Shown here one piece after another: positions 41,145 to 51,066 of a stretch of DNA of 64,000 nucleotides. The first letter of the stretch is position 1, and the number at the start of each line of letters is the position of its first letter. Under the pieces are notes generated by a model. The model made no database searches. It saw only the letters and a list, made by a program, of their open reading frames with translations, and had not been told where the DNA came from. The stretch covers positions 32,001 to 96,000 of the forward strand of contig JAKFBU010000027.1 of NCBI GenBank assembly GCA_036676985.1. The letters run 5' to 3'. This stretch comes from Candidatus Sericytochromatia bacterium (GTDB lineage: Bacteria; Cyanobacteriota; Sericytochromatia; S15B-MN24; UBA4093). A program made the translations under genes and the position numbers.

Positions 41145-42349
41145 CGGACCTCCAGGACGGCTCGGGCTGCATCCACTCGTCCGTAGCCCACGTACTTGTC
41201 CTTACCCGCCATGACGGTGTCTTTAGCCGTGTTGTAGAGGCGCTCGACCACCTGGGCCTGCGTGAGCTCCGGATGCTGGCTGCGGATCAGGGCCGCGACG
41301 CCCGTGACCTGGGGGGCGGCCATGGACGTGCCGTCCATGATGCGGTAGCCGTTGCTCTTGGCCGTCGGGAAGGTGGAGAGGATGCTCGCCCCGGGGGCGC
41401 CGAGCGTGATCCAGTCCCCGTAGGTCGAGAAGGAGGCCCAGCCGTCCCGGTCATTGGTCGCGGCTACCGCCACCACGCCCGGGTAGGCCGCGGGGTAGCT
41501 CGGGTCCCATTCCTTGCCGGTGTTGCCCACCGCCGCGACGAGCACCACGTCGTGATCCAGGGCATACTTCACGGCCGTCCGGCCGGCCTCGGAGTCCGAG
41601 GGCGAGCCCCAGCTCGCGTTGATGACCTTGGCTCCGTGGTCGACGGCCCAGATGAGGGCCGCGTTCGCGGCTCCATCGTTGGTGTGCCCCGAGTCGTTGA
41701 AGATGCGGACGGGCAGGAGCTTGCAGCCGGGGGCGATGCCCGCGATCCCCGTGCCGTTGTGGCGCGCGCCGACCACGCCGGCCACGTGCGTGCCGTGCCC
41801 ATAGCCGTCCTGGTTGCCGCCGGTGACGGCGGGCTTGACCGTGAAGTCCTGGCCGGGCAAGAGCTGCCCCTGGAACTCGGGGTGCGTCCCGTCGATGCCC
41901 GAGTCCACGATGGCCACCACCACCTCGGGGCGTCCCTGCTGGGTGGGCCAGACGGCCTCTGCCCCCATGACGCGGGGCGCGTACTGGGCCGGGTAGAGCG
42001 GGTCGTCGGGTTCGGCGCCCTCTACCTGCGGGGCGGGCCGCGAGGCCATGGGCGGCAGGGAGATCCGGCGATGCGGCTCGGCCCAGAGGGCCTCTGCGCT
42101 CTCCGACAGCTCGGCCACGGGGGTGGCGCCGCGGAAGACGTACATGTCGAGGCCGATGACCTGCACCAGCGTCAGGCCGTGCCGACGGGCGTAGGTGATC
42201 GGCGAGGTGCCGGGGCGCAGGCGGACGATGTGTTCGCCCGCGATCGCCTGACCCGATACCACTTGCTGGCCCGTTGCCAGGGGGGTGACGGTCGGTGCGC
42301 CGCAGCCGGCGAGCACCAGGGAGAGACCGAGCAGAAGGTGGCGACGCAT
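41141..42349 (-). CDS. S8 subtilisin-like serine protease, lipoprotein
   Basis: LAGC lipobox; DSGID, HGTHVAG, GTSMAAP catalytic motifs. Confidence 0.93.
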   Translation of the reverse strand: MRRHLLLGLSLVLAGCGAPTVTPLATGQQVVSGQAIAGEHIVRLRPGTSPITYARRHGLTLVQVIGLDMYVFRGATPVAELSESAEALWAEPHRRISLPPMASRPAPQVEGAEPDDPLYPAQYAPRVMGAEAVWPTQQGRPEVVVAIVDSGIDGTHPEFQGQLLPGQDFTVKPAVTGGNQDGYGHGTHVAGVVGARHNGTGIAGIAPGCKLLPVRIFNDSGHTNDGAANAALIWAVDHGAKVINASWGSPSDSEAGRTAVKYALDHDVVLVAAVGNTGKEWDPSYPAAYPGVVAVAATNDRDGWASFSTYGDWITLGAPGASILSTFPTAKSNGYRIMDGTSMAAPQVTGVAALIRSQHPELTQAQVVERLYNTAKDTVMAGKDKYVGYGRVDAARAVLEVR

Positions 42350-42428
42350 GACGTACCTCATTGAAGGGGAGATTAAGAGTAGTTTAAGTCATGCGTCGCT
42401 TGATGGGAAGGGCGATCGCGCCCTCCGG

Positions 42429-45236
42429 CTAGGAACCGGGATTGAGCAGCAGAACCCGGACGGCATCCAGGCTGACACGGGCCTCTGATAGGCAGCGCAG
42501 GGTCTCTTGGACCTTCTCGGCGTGGCTTGCCACTTCGGCGGCCGACACGTTTCCGAGGGCATGCAACTCTTCCAATCGGCGCTGCTCCCGGCCGAGGATG
42601 GCCGAGGCCTCGGCCTTGGCGGCCTCCACGTAGGGGCGCAGGCGTGAGTTGGCCTCCTCCTCGCCGATCTCGAGCAATGCCGGCAGCCGGTCGTGCAGCA
42701 TGCCTGCCAACCGGGCCCAGGTCTGGGGATGGAGCGGCTGGAGCTTGGCACCCAGCTCGCGGGCGGGCAGGCGCAGCTCGCCCTGGGCATCGACTGTCAG
42801 GCCAAGGGAGGTGGGCGGCAAGTACCGCGGCAACCCCAATCGTCCGGGCCCCACGGCCTCCAGCAGGAACAGGAACTCGATCCAGACCCCCTGCTCAGGC
42901 GCAGCCGGCCAGAGGGCGACGCTCGCCCGGCCTTCCGCCTGATCCAGCATGAGTCCGAGGGCCCCTTCCACCAGGGGATGGTCGGGGCTCAGGAACTGGA
43001 GGTCCTCTCGGGCGAGCGCGAGGGCCCGGTCATAGGTCGCGAGGAACCCGCCGGTGCGCAGACCCGGAAAGGGATCCACCTTCATGTGGTCGCCCGGGCG
43101 GATCCGGAGGATCAGGGGATCCGCCAGCTCGTCCTCTCGGACGCCGAAATGGTCGAGCAGATCGCTGACGGTCTCCTGAAGGAGAGGGTAATCGAAGGCC
43201 TCCACCTCCCGGACCAGCGACTCGCCGAGCTCTTGGTCGAACGAGTTGAGGTCGATGAGGAAGTCGACGCTCGCCTGCACCACCGACTTATAGCGCTCCA
43301 GGAGGGCTTCGGTGTCGCGCAGGAAGGAGGCCAGCTTGGCAGGGTCCCCCCGACCGGGCTGAGAGGCGCGCAGCACGTCGAGCAGCGATTCGGCCTGCAC
43401 GGCCAACAGGTGCTCTCCCCCAGTCAGCGGGGCCTCGAAGACGCCAAGCGTCCGGTGCCACTGGAACAGGGCCTCTCCCGGCGTGTCCGCGACCAGTGGC
43501 ACGTGGACCTGGATCGTCTCGGTCTGCCCGATCCGGTCCAACCGGCCGATCCGCTGCTCGAGCGCGTCCGGGTGGATCGGCAGGTCGAACATGAGCAGGT
43601 GGTGGCAGAACTGGAAGTTGCGCCCCTCGCCGCCGATCTCGCTGGAGAGGAGGACCCGGGCGCCATCCGGGTCTGTGAAGTAGGCGGCCTGCCGATCCCG
43701 CTCGATGAGGCCGAGCTCTTCGTGAAAGGCCGCCACCTTGCACCCGGTCCGCGTCTTCAGCTGCTTCTCGACCCACTTGACGACGGCGACCGTTGACGCC
43801 ATCACCACGACCTTCTGGCCCTCGAGCTCCTCGAGCTTTCCGATCAACCAGTCCAGTCGGGGGTCGTCCTTGGCGGGGGGCTCTTTCCCCTGGGCCTCGG
43901 GCAAGCCGAGGGTTGCCTCCAGTCCGGCGATTTCCGGCCAGGCCCTGGCCGTCTTCCAGCTCTCCGGCAGCGGCAGCTCGGTCACGTTCAGATTTCGGCC
44001 GGGAAAGCCGCCCAGCTTCTCCCGCCGGTTGCGGATCAGGACGCGCCCCGTGCCGTGCCGATCGATCAGCTGCTGGAGGATCTCGTCGCGCGATGCTCCC
44101 CACCGCACGTCCGGAAAGAGCTCGCGCAGCTCGGCCTCGACCGGCTCGCCTGCGCACAGGCGGCGCGCCAGGTCGGCGACCTCCCGCATGTGTTCGTATT
44201 CGATGCGGAACCGCTCGAAGTCGGCGAAGCGTTCGGGGTCGACGAGCCGCAAGAGCCCGAACTCGGTCTCCAGGCCCTGCCGTAAGGGCGTCGCCGTCAG
44301 CAGGAGTAGCCCCTGACTCTGCCTCGCAAGCGCTTCTACTACCTGGTACTGGCGGCTGCTCTGGCCGGGGGACCAGGCCAGGTGGTGGGCCTCGTCCACG
44401 ATCACCAGATCCCACGGATACTCGAGCGCCTGCTCGAGACGATCCGGCTCGAGGAGCCATTCGACCGGTGCGATGAGGCGTGACGCATCCGCGAAGGGAT
44501 TCTCCGCGCCGATCTCGCCCGGGCGCTTGCCCGGGATCAGCTCGGAGTGGGCCACCGTGAAGAGCTCGTTGAACCGGCGGTAAAGCTCCACCAGCCACTG
44601 GTGGACGAGGCTGACGGGCGTCAGCACCAGGACGCGGTCCGCTCGATCGAGGGCACGCAGTCCCGAGAAGGCGAGGCAGGCCTCGATGGTCTTGCCGAGG
44701 CCCACCTCGTCGGCCAGCAAGGCCCGCGGAAACTCGCGGTTACCGATCTTGTAGGCGATCGCGAGCTGATGCGGCAACAAGGAGACGCGTCCACCCATCA
44801 GGCCGCGGCTCCTCTGCTGCAGGACCTGGGACCTCAGCCTCCAGCCCGACTCGCGCAGGCCGAAGGCCTCGTAGTGGCTGAGCTCGGCGGCATTCAGGCG
44901 TTGCAGCGGATCGTGCGAGGCGCTGGTGTCCGCCAGATCCTGCTCGGGCACCACCAGCCCCTGGCCGTGATAAGTGAGGAGGCCGTCGTCGGTGGCCTCC
45001 ACCCGTTCGACGCGGAAGCTGCGGCCGTCCCTCGTCTGGGCCGCCTGGCCCGCGCTCAGCTCGTGGCGGCGCAAGGGAGCCGTCGCCGGGTTGTAGAGGC
45101 GGCGCTCGCCGGCAGCCGGAAAGAAGATCTGGAGGCTGCGCGGCGTGGGAAAGGCCTCGATGATGCCCAGTCCGAGAGCGGGTTCGGCCTCGCTCCGGAC
45201 TCGCTGGCCAATGGCCCAGTGGAGGATCGGCATCAC
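42429..45236 (-). CDS. rapA: RNA polymerase-associated SWI2/SNF2 ATPase RapA/HepA
   Basis: GQRVRSEAEPALGLG, LLADEVGLGKTIEA, DEAHHL, LLTATP, SEIGGEGRNFQF, LEQRIGRLDRIGQ. Confidence 0.92.
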   Translation of the reverse strand: MMPILHWAIGQRVRSEAEPALGLGIIEAFPTPRSLQIFFPAAGERRLYNPATAPLRRHELSAGQAAQTRDGRSFRVERVEATDDGLLTYHGQGLVVPEQDLADTSASHDPLQRLNAAELSHYEAFGLRESGWRLRSQVLQQRSRGLMGGRVSLLPHQLAIAYKIGNREFPRALLADEVGLGKTIEACLAFSGLRALDRADRVLVLTPVSLVHQWLVELYRRFNELFTVAHSELIPGKRPGEIGAENPFADASRLIAPVEWLLEPDRLEQALEYPWDLVIVDEAHHLAWSPGQSSRQYQVVEALARQSQGLLLLTATPLRQGLETEFGLLRLVDPERFADFERFRIEYEHMREVADLARRLCAGEPVEAELRELFPDVRWGASRDEILQQLIDRHGTGRVLIRNRREKLGGFPGRNLNVTELPLPESWKTARAWPEIAGLEATLGLPEAQGKEPPAKDDPRLDWLIGKLEELEGQKVVVMASTVAVVKWVEKQLKTRTGCKVAAFHEELGLIERDRQAAYFTDPDGARVLLSSEIGGEGRNFQFCHHLLMFDLPIHPDALEQRIGRLDRIGQTETIQVHVPLVADTPGEALFQWHRTLGVFEAPLTGGEHLLAVQAESLLDVLRASQPGRGDPAKLASFLRDTEALLERYKSVVQASVDFLIDLNSFDQELGESLVREVEAFDYPLLQETVSDLLDHFGVREDELADPLILRIRPGDHMKVDPFPGLRTGGFLATYDRALALAREDLQFLSPDHPLVEGALGLMLDQAEGRASVALWPAAPEQGVWIEFLFLLEAVGPGRLGLPRYLPPTSLGLTVDAQGELRLPARELGAKLQPLHPQTWARLAGMLHDRLPALLEIGEEEANSRLRPYVEAAKAEASAILGREQRRLEELHALGNVSAAEVASHAEKVQETLRCLSEARVSLDAVRVLLLNPGS

Positions 45237-45320
45237 GCGATCTCCGGAAGGGAGGGACCGGGGAGACGGTGTCGAGTGGCGTTGGTCATGCTTGATGCTA
45301 CCACCCGCTTTTGCTCGGCG

Positions 45321-46613
45321 TCACCACGGGGGCCAGCTCGGTTCGAGCGGCTTGCGGGGGAAGCCCATCAGGAACATGTTGAGTAGCGTCAGGTTGGTTA
45401 CCTGTTCGGTCACCAGATTGTAGCAGAGGATCCGGAAGGTGCCGTCCGCAAGCTCGACCGCAAAGAACACGTGGTAAGGGTCGCTTTCCACGAAGGCCGG
45501 AGCCTGGACGTTCACGGCGTCGAGCGCTAGGTTCGCGTAGGGCATCGAGTCCACCAGGCCGGTCCAGAGGTCCAGGGTGAAGAGCCCGCGCCGGGCGGTG
45601 TCGTGCCACACGACGAAGCGCCCCCAGACCGGATCGATGGCGGCGAAGGCGGCGTGGAAGTTGTCGCTGATGGCCGCATTGGGCAGGAGGGCGACCACCT
45701 GGGGGGCGAGCGGAGTGTACAAGTACAGCCCCCCGTCCGTTGTCGTGAAGACGACCGCCGTGTTCGCCCCGTCGACGTTGATGGACGTGAGGCCCCCATG
45801 TCGGACCGCCAGGGCGTTGATCTTGCTCAGAAATCGGGGCTTGGCCAGGTACCAGTCGATCTCGGCGCCCGGCACGACGGTGATACTCGGCGCCGAGGAC
45901 GAGGTGGCGTACTGCGACGCGCTGAACGAGGGGGACGCCGTTTCGCTTGGATCGGGGGAGGGCGAGGCCCCGGGCGAGGGCGACGACGTGGCCTCCTCGC
46001 CCGACCCAGACTCGCCGAAGACGGGTGTCGCGGTCGTTTCGTACTTCACGTAGGCCAGCCCGATGAATTGGGCCGCGAGGGTCGGGTCGCGTTGACCGAG
46101 GAAGTACAGGTGATGGCGGGCGCTGAAGCTCGGAAAGAAGGCGAAGCCGCCCACCTCGTCCCCGTCGACGAGCTTGATCTGCTCTTCACGCCAGGCGTCG
46201 TAGAGAAAGATGTCGCGGACCGTGTCGTAGAAGTACTGGCCCAGGGTCAGGATGCCGACGTTGATGATGCCCGGCCCGACCTGCGGATAGTAGAAGATCT
46301 CCCGACGCGGCACGTCGTAGACCCCGAGCCGCGCGTCCAGCCCCGGCGGAACGGGGAAGGGCACCTGGGTGAAGGGTTCGGGCGAGGCGCTGTAGGTGGC
46401 CGGCATCCCTGCTGGAAGGGGGACCGCCTGCATTCTGCCCGGAGGCCCCTGCACCGGCGTCGCCTGGGGGCCGGTGGCGGGTCCACATGCGGACAGGGCC
46501 AGGAGGAGCAGGGTCATGACCGAGCCGGCTCGTGTCTGGAGTTGCGGGAACCACCTGCGACGTCGGCCCACGGCACCCTCACCCAACTCCGGCATGGAGT
46601 TGAGAGGGAGCAT
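45321..46613 (-). CDS. hypothetical lipoprotein (start uncertain)
   Basis: LLLLALSAC lipobox; aromatic beta-strand-rich body; Ser/Pro-rich internal linker. Confidence 0.6.
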   Translation of the reverse strand: MLPLNSMPELGEGAVGRRRRWFPQLQTRAGSVMTLLLLALSACGPATGPQATPVQGPPGRMQAVPLPAGMPATYSASPEPFTQVPFPVPPGLDARLGVYDVPRREIFYYPQVGPGIINVGILTLGQYFYDTVRDIFLYDAWREEQIKLVDGDEVGGFAFFPSFSARHHLYFLGQRDPTLAAQFIGLAYVKYETTATPVFGESGSGEEATSSPSPGASPSPDPSETASPSFSASQYATSSSAPSITVVPGAEIDWYLAKPRFLSKINALAVRHGGLTSINVDGANTAVVFTTTDGGLYLYTPLAPQVVALLPNAAISDNFHAAFAAIDPVWGRFVVWHDTARRGLFTLDLWTGLVDSMPYANLALDAVNVQAPAFVESDPYHVFFAVELADGTFRILCYNLVTEQVTNLTLLNMFLMGFPRKPLEPSWPPW

Positions 46614-46825
46614 AAGCGATCAGGCGAGCCTTGGGATCGGACGGCTTGACCGCAGTTCTTGAACGGTTGCTTCAGGCGGGCAACTGGTACCCACGCTCGG
46701 CGCTTTTGCATCGAGCCGTTGCCTGTTTCTGCTCTTGAGTCATTGGATGCTTGATAGTATGTGTTTAAACGGCGAAACGAGTCATGTTCAACTCCCATGA
46801 ACCGTCACAGCGGAGAAAGGCCCCC

Positions 46826-47680
46826 ATGAGCACAGCGTTCGAGACGATGACGCCGGCGGAGCAGGAGCGGTTTCGCGCCGCCTATCTGGCGTATCTGAGA
46901 GGCCGGGACGGGATTCCCGACATGCGGACCCAGCGCTTCGACGTCCGCGAGCGGTTCTTCGCCGAGCTGGATGCGAACCCCAGCTGCTGGGTCGGCCCCA
47001 TGCCGGTGGATCAGGCGGTCTTCGACCGCAATCACGACCGGCGCATGCCCGAGCCGAACCTCGACGAGGCGACGCTCTGGGCGCTCGCCACGGCGAAGAC
47101 CAACCGCGCCGAGCGCTACGGCGTCGAGTACGCGCTGAGCTTCAACAGTCCCCAGCTCGATGCGGCGACCGATCCGCATGCCTACATCCAGATCGAGGAG
47201 TTCTACCACACCCGCATCCTCCGGGATGCGCTCGCCACCATCGGTCTGCGGATGGAGATGGGCAAGCCCGCCCTCACGACGCGCGCCATGGTGCGGGCGA
47301 TGGTGCGGTTGCCCGACCAGTACGCCAACGTCATCGTGCTGTGCGGCGAGATCATCGGCGTGGCGATCTTCGGGCTGCTGCTCGAGAAGGCTCGCGAGCT
47401 GTTTGCCGGCCAACCCAAGGCCCTCGAGCGGATCGAGACCCTGTTCGCCCAGATCATGGTGGACGAGGTGGGTCACGTCCACTTCGTCCGCAGCGGCCTG
47501 GGCGCCTTGCAGCTGGCATGCGCCCGTCAGCTGCTGCCCGTCGTCGCCTGGGGCCTCCTGGCCGACTCCCCGGAGTTCACCCTGCTGTTCGGCCGGGACA
47601 CGATCATGCGCCGCATCATGGCCGCGGACGTGGACGGCGCCGCCGCTACCTATGCGGACCGCTTCGTCTTCGCTGCCTAG
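46826..47680 (+). CDS. ferritin-like diiron-carboxylate protein of unknown function
   Basis: Two ExxH motifs (EEFYH, DEVGH) with preceding Glu-bearing helices; RBS AGAAAGG. Confidence 0.7.
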   Translation: MSTAFETMTPAEQERFRAAYLAYLRGRDGIPDMRTQRFDVRERFFAELDANPSCWVGPMPVDQAVFDRNHDRRMPEPNLDEATLWALATAKTNRAERYGVEYALSFNSPQLDAATDPHAYIQIEEFYHTRILRDALATIGLRMEMGKPALTTRAMVRAMVRLPDQYANVIVLCGEIIGVAIFGLLLEKARELFAGQPKALERIETLFAQIMVDEVGHVHFVRSGLGALQLACARQLLPVVAWGLLADSPEFTLLFGRDTIMRRIMAADVDGAAATYADRFVFAA

Positions 47681-47718
47681 CGATTCGTCGATTCCGGCGA
47701 CGATCGGCTGGCAGGACG

Positions 47719-48537
47719 CTAGTCCTTCAAACCGGTCGTCGCCACTCCCTTGATGAAGTAGCGCTGGAAGATCACGAACACCAGGAGCACGGGCAAGGTG
47801 TTGAACATGGACCCCGCCATGATGAGGGTCCACTTGGTGATGTAGAGCCCCTTGAAGAAGTTGAGCCCGATGGGCAGCGTGAACAGCTCGGGGGAGTTGA
47901 GGACGATGAGGGGCCACGAGAAGCCATTCCAGCTCCCCATGAAGCTGGTGATGGTGATGGTGGCGAGGACCGGGCCGCTCAGGGGCACGATCAGCCAGCG
48001 GAACATGCCGTAGCGCGAGAGCCCGTCGAGGGTGGCGGCCTCTTCCAGCTCCCGGGGCAGGGCCTTGAGGAACTGCGCGACCATGAACGTCCCGGAGGCC
48101 AGGCTGCCGACCACGCCCGGCAGGAGTCCCCAGTACGTGTTCACCCAGCCCAGGTGGGCGAGCGTGGAGTAGTTGGGGATCCAGAGCACCTGCCCCGGGA
48201 TCATCATCGAGCCCAGCAGGCACAGGAAGAGGACCTGGCGCCCGGGGAAGGCGATCCGCGCGAGGGCGAAGCCCCCCATCATGCAGACCAGCACGATGCC
48301 GACGACCGACACGGCGGCGACGAGCAAGCTGTTGAGCACCCATTGCAGGAACAGGGGCGTCGTCTGCACGATCCCCCGGTAGTTCTCCAGGGTCCAGGGA
48401 TCGGGCCAGAGGCCGGGCGCGAAGGCCTTGCTCGGATCCTTGAGGGACGTGAGCAGGGCGAAGACGAAGGGGAACATCGACGTGACGGCGAAGAGCAACA
48501 GCAGCGCGTAGAACGGGATCTGCTTGAGGTAGCGCAT
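47719..48537 (-). CDS. carbohydrate ABC transporter permease (MalG-like)
   Basis: LPRELEEAATLDG EAA loop; WNGFSWP; FQRYFIKG. Confidence 0.93.
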   Translation of the reverse strand: MRYLKQIPFYALLLLFAVTSMFPFVFALLTSLKDPSKAFAPGLWPDPWTLENYRGIVQTTPLFLQWVLNSLLVAAVSVVGIVLVCMMGGFALARIAFPGRQVLFLCLLGSMMIPGQVLWIPNYSTLAHLGWVNTYWGLLPGVVGSLASGTFMVAQFLKALPRELEEAATLDGLSRYGMFRWLIVPLSGPVLATITITSFMGSWNGFSWPLIVLNSPELFTLPIGLNFFKGLYITKWTLIMAGSMFNTLPVLLVFVIFQRYFIKGVATTGLKD

Positions 48538-48541
48538 CCTA

Positions 48542-49435
48542 TTACTCCCCCATCAACCGCTTCTGGGCCATGGTGGCAAGGAAGATCAGCGTCGACAGGG
48601 CCACGGCGATTGCGCAGGCATAGCCCATGTTGAACTGCACGAAGGCCTCGGTGTAGAGCAGGTAGGCCATCGTCATGGTGGACTTGAGGGGGCCGCCGTT
48701 GGTCATGACGAAGACCTGGTCGAAGACCTGGAAGGACCCGATGAGTCCCATGGTCGTCACGTAGAACACCGTCGGCTTCAAGAGCGGCAGCGTGATGAAC
48801 CAGAACTGGGCCCAGGGACCGGCTCCGTCCAGCCGCGCGACCTCGTAGAGGGTCTCGGGGATGTCCTGCAGCCCGGCGAGGAGGACGATCATGAAGAAGC
48901 CGGCCGTCGACCAGACGTTCATGGCCATGAGGGACGGCAGGGCCGTGTGCATGTTGCCCAGCCAGTCGACGGGGACGGCGAGTCCCGCAAGGGCCAGCAG
49001 GCGATCCAGGCGCAGCCAGGCCAAGGCCTGGTTGAGGATGCCGTTCTTGAAGAAGAGGAACATGAAGATGAGCGAGATGGCCACGGAGCTGGTCACGGAG
49101 GGCAGGAAGTAGATGACCCGAAAGACGGGCTTGCCCCGGATGCTCTGGTCCATCATGAGGGCCAGGAGCAGCGCCAGCACCGTCTGGCAGATCACGACGC
49201 CCACGGCGTAGAAGACCGTGTTCTTGAGGCTGATCCAGAAGTCTCCCTGCTGGAGCAGCTGGCGGTAGTTCTCGAGGCCGATCCAGAGGGGCTCCGAGAA
49301 GAGGTCGTAGGAGTGGAACGAGAGCCAGAGCGCGTTGAGGAGGGGCCAGAGGACGAACGCCAACAGCAACAGCATGAAGGGAGACAGGAAGACGAGGGCG
49401 GCAACGGTCTCCGCCAGGTGCCTTCGGAGGTTCAT
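48542..49435 (-). CDS. carbohydrate ABC transporter permease (MalF-like)
   Basis: LAGLQDIPETLYEVARLDGA, ITLPLLKP, MTNGGP. Confidence 0.93.
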   Translation of the reverse strand: MNLRRHLAETVAALVFLSPFMLLLLAFVLWPLLNALWLSFHSYDLFSEPLWIGLENYRQLLQQGDFWISLKNTVFYAVGVVICQTVLALLLALMMDQSIRGKPVFRVIYFLPSVTSSVAISLIFMFLFFKNGILNQALAWLRLDRLLALAGLAVPVDWLGNMHTALPSLMAMNVWSTAGFFMIVLLAGLQDIPETLYEVARLDGAGPWAQFWFITLPLLKPTVFYVTTMGLIGSFQVFDQVFVMTNGGPLKSTMTMAYLLYTEAFVQFNMGYACAIAVALSTLIFLATMAQKRLMGE

Positions 49436-49454
49436 CCGGCAGTCCTCCTTTCCA

Positions 49455-50708
49455 CTAGAGCTGGCCGAGCCGGTCAATGTCCCGGGCGGCGTCCTCGAGG
49501 GCCCGTCGTGCCGACTTGACCCCCAAGAGGACCTCTTGCATCGCAACCCCCAGGCGCTCGTTGATCCGGGGCCCATGGGGGCCGAAGTCGAACGGCTGGG
49601 CGTAGGCGGCGGCCTCGAGGATGGGGCGGTATTCGGGGTGGGCCTCGACGTAGGTCCGGCTGATCGCGCGCCGGCTGGGCAGGGCGAAGGTGATCTGCGC
49701 CTGTGCCTCCGCGCTGGTCAGGAACTCGATGAGCTGCCAGGCCTCTGCGGCGTGCTTCGAGCTCTGGGGGATGACGTAGGCCACGGTGAACAGAAAGTTG
49801 CTCCGACCGGCGGGGCCTCGGGGCAGCGGAGCGATCCCGTAGGGCAGCTTCGGGAAGGTGGTCTGGAGGTAGGGCGTCAGCCAGGAGCCTTCGAAGGCCA
49901 TGGCCGCGTCCTGGCGACCGAACGCGTCCCCGGACCAGCTGCTGCCCACCTCCGACGGAAAGATGGCGGCCTGGTCCTCGAGCTTGAGGCTGGCATAGAA
50001 CTCGAGCGCGCGGATGCCCGCGGGGCTTGCGATCGCGCACTTGCCGTCGGGTCCGAAGAGCCTGGCTCCGAACGTGTAGGCGATCGGAAGGAAACGGTCG
50101 GGCGTGTCCGGGACGAGGGCAAAGCCGTACTGGGGCTTGTTTCCGACGTGCCGGGTCAAGGTCTTTGCGGCGGCACGGAAGTCTTCGAGATCCCAGCGCG
50201 CGTCCGGGTAGTCGAGCCCCGCCCGGTCGAAGCTCTCGCGGTTGTAATAGAGGCCCAGGGCGTTGAAGTCCTTGGGGATGCCGTAGATCGTGCCCTGGTG
50301 GCTGAAGGCGCTCACCAGGGACGGGATGAAGTCGGAGGCCCGGACGGAGGAGGTGGCCATCAGCTCGTCGAGCGGCCGCAGGATCTTTCGCTTGGCGAGA
50401 AACGGCTTGAAATACAGGATGTCGAGGTAAAGCACGTCCGGCGCCGCCCCGCTCGCCAGCATGGTGAGGACCTTGGGGTAGTAGGAGCCGGGAATGGGCT
50501 CGTAGCGCGCATGGATCCGCCCCTGGGCGCGGTTGAAGTCCCCCACCAGCTTTTGCATGAGGACCGTCTCGGCCGGGTTGCCGGCATAGCCCGAGAATCG
50601 GATCGCGACCTTGTCCGCCGATTCCGTGTCGGCGGACCGGCAGCCGGACAGGACGGCCAGGAGGACGATGAGCGGGGTCAAGATTCTGGAACCGAGTAGC
50701 GGGGGCAT
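49455..50708 (-). CDS. carbohydrate ABC transporter substrate-binding lipoprotein
   Basis: LSGC lipobox; SGAAPDV, YGIPKD, LYYN, AWQLIEFLTS. Confidence 0.9.
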   Translation of the reverse strand: MPPLLGSRILTPLIVLLAVLSGCRSADTESADKVAIRFSGYAGNPAETVLMQKLVGDFNRAQGRIHARYEPIPGSYYPKVLTMLASGAAPDVLYLDILYFKPFLAKRKILRPLDELMATSSVRASDFIPSLVSAFSHQGTIYGIPKDFNALGLYYNRESFDRAGLDYPDARWDLEDFRAAAKTLTRHVGNKPQYGFALVPDTPDRFLPIAYTFGARLFGPDGKCAIASPAGIRALEFYASLKLEDQAAIFPSEVGSSWSGDAFGRQDAAMAFEGSWLTPYLQTTFPKLPYGIAPLPRGPAGRSNFLFTVAYVIPQSSKHAAEAWQLIEFLTSAEAQAQITFALPSRRAISRTYVEAHPEYRPILEAAAYAQPFDFGPHGPRINERLGVAMQEVLLGVKSARRALEDAARDIDRLGQL

Positions 50709-51066
50709 AGGACCTCGAAGGGGTACTCAGCCGGCCTTTGGCATCCCTGACGGAGCGACGTTACCATGGCGATGCCCCGCCGCACTTGACCATGAGTGAC
50801 GGGATCCTGGAGCGGTCAGGTGAGAGACGTCGGGCCGCTCCCGGGCCCCCCTCGCGTCGCCCGCTGCGAACCTGAGACCGTCCGCCCGTCGCTTGGCTGG
50901 AAATCGGCGGCGACTCGCCATACAATGCTCCATCCGGCCATGCCACCGTGCGGTCCCAGGACGGAAGGTGGAGGGGCCGACATTCCTGGTCGGGCGCTGG
51001 TAGCAGGCTTGCCAAGCGCCGGTTCCCCGCATCGCTGCTTCATCGTCAAGAAGAGAGGGTCACCCG

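Noticed and set aside
50709-51066. Riboswitch or small gene between the ABC operon and ADH
   Set aside because: No recognisable aptamer; short ORFs lack motif or RBS support
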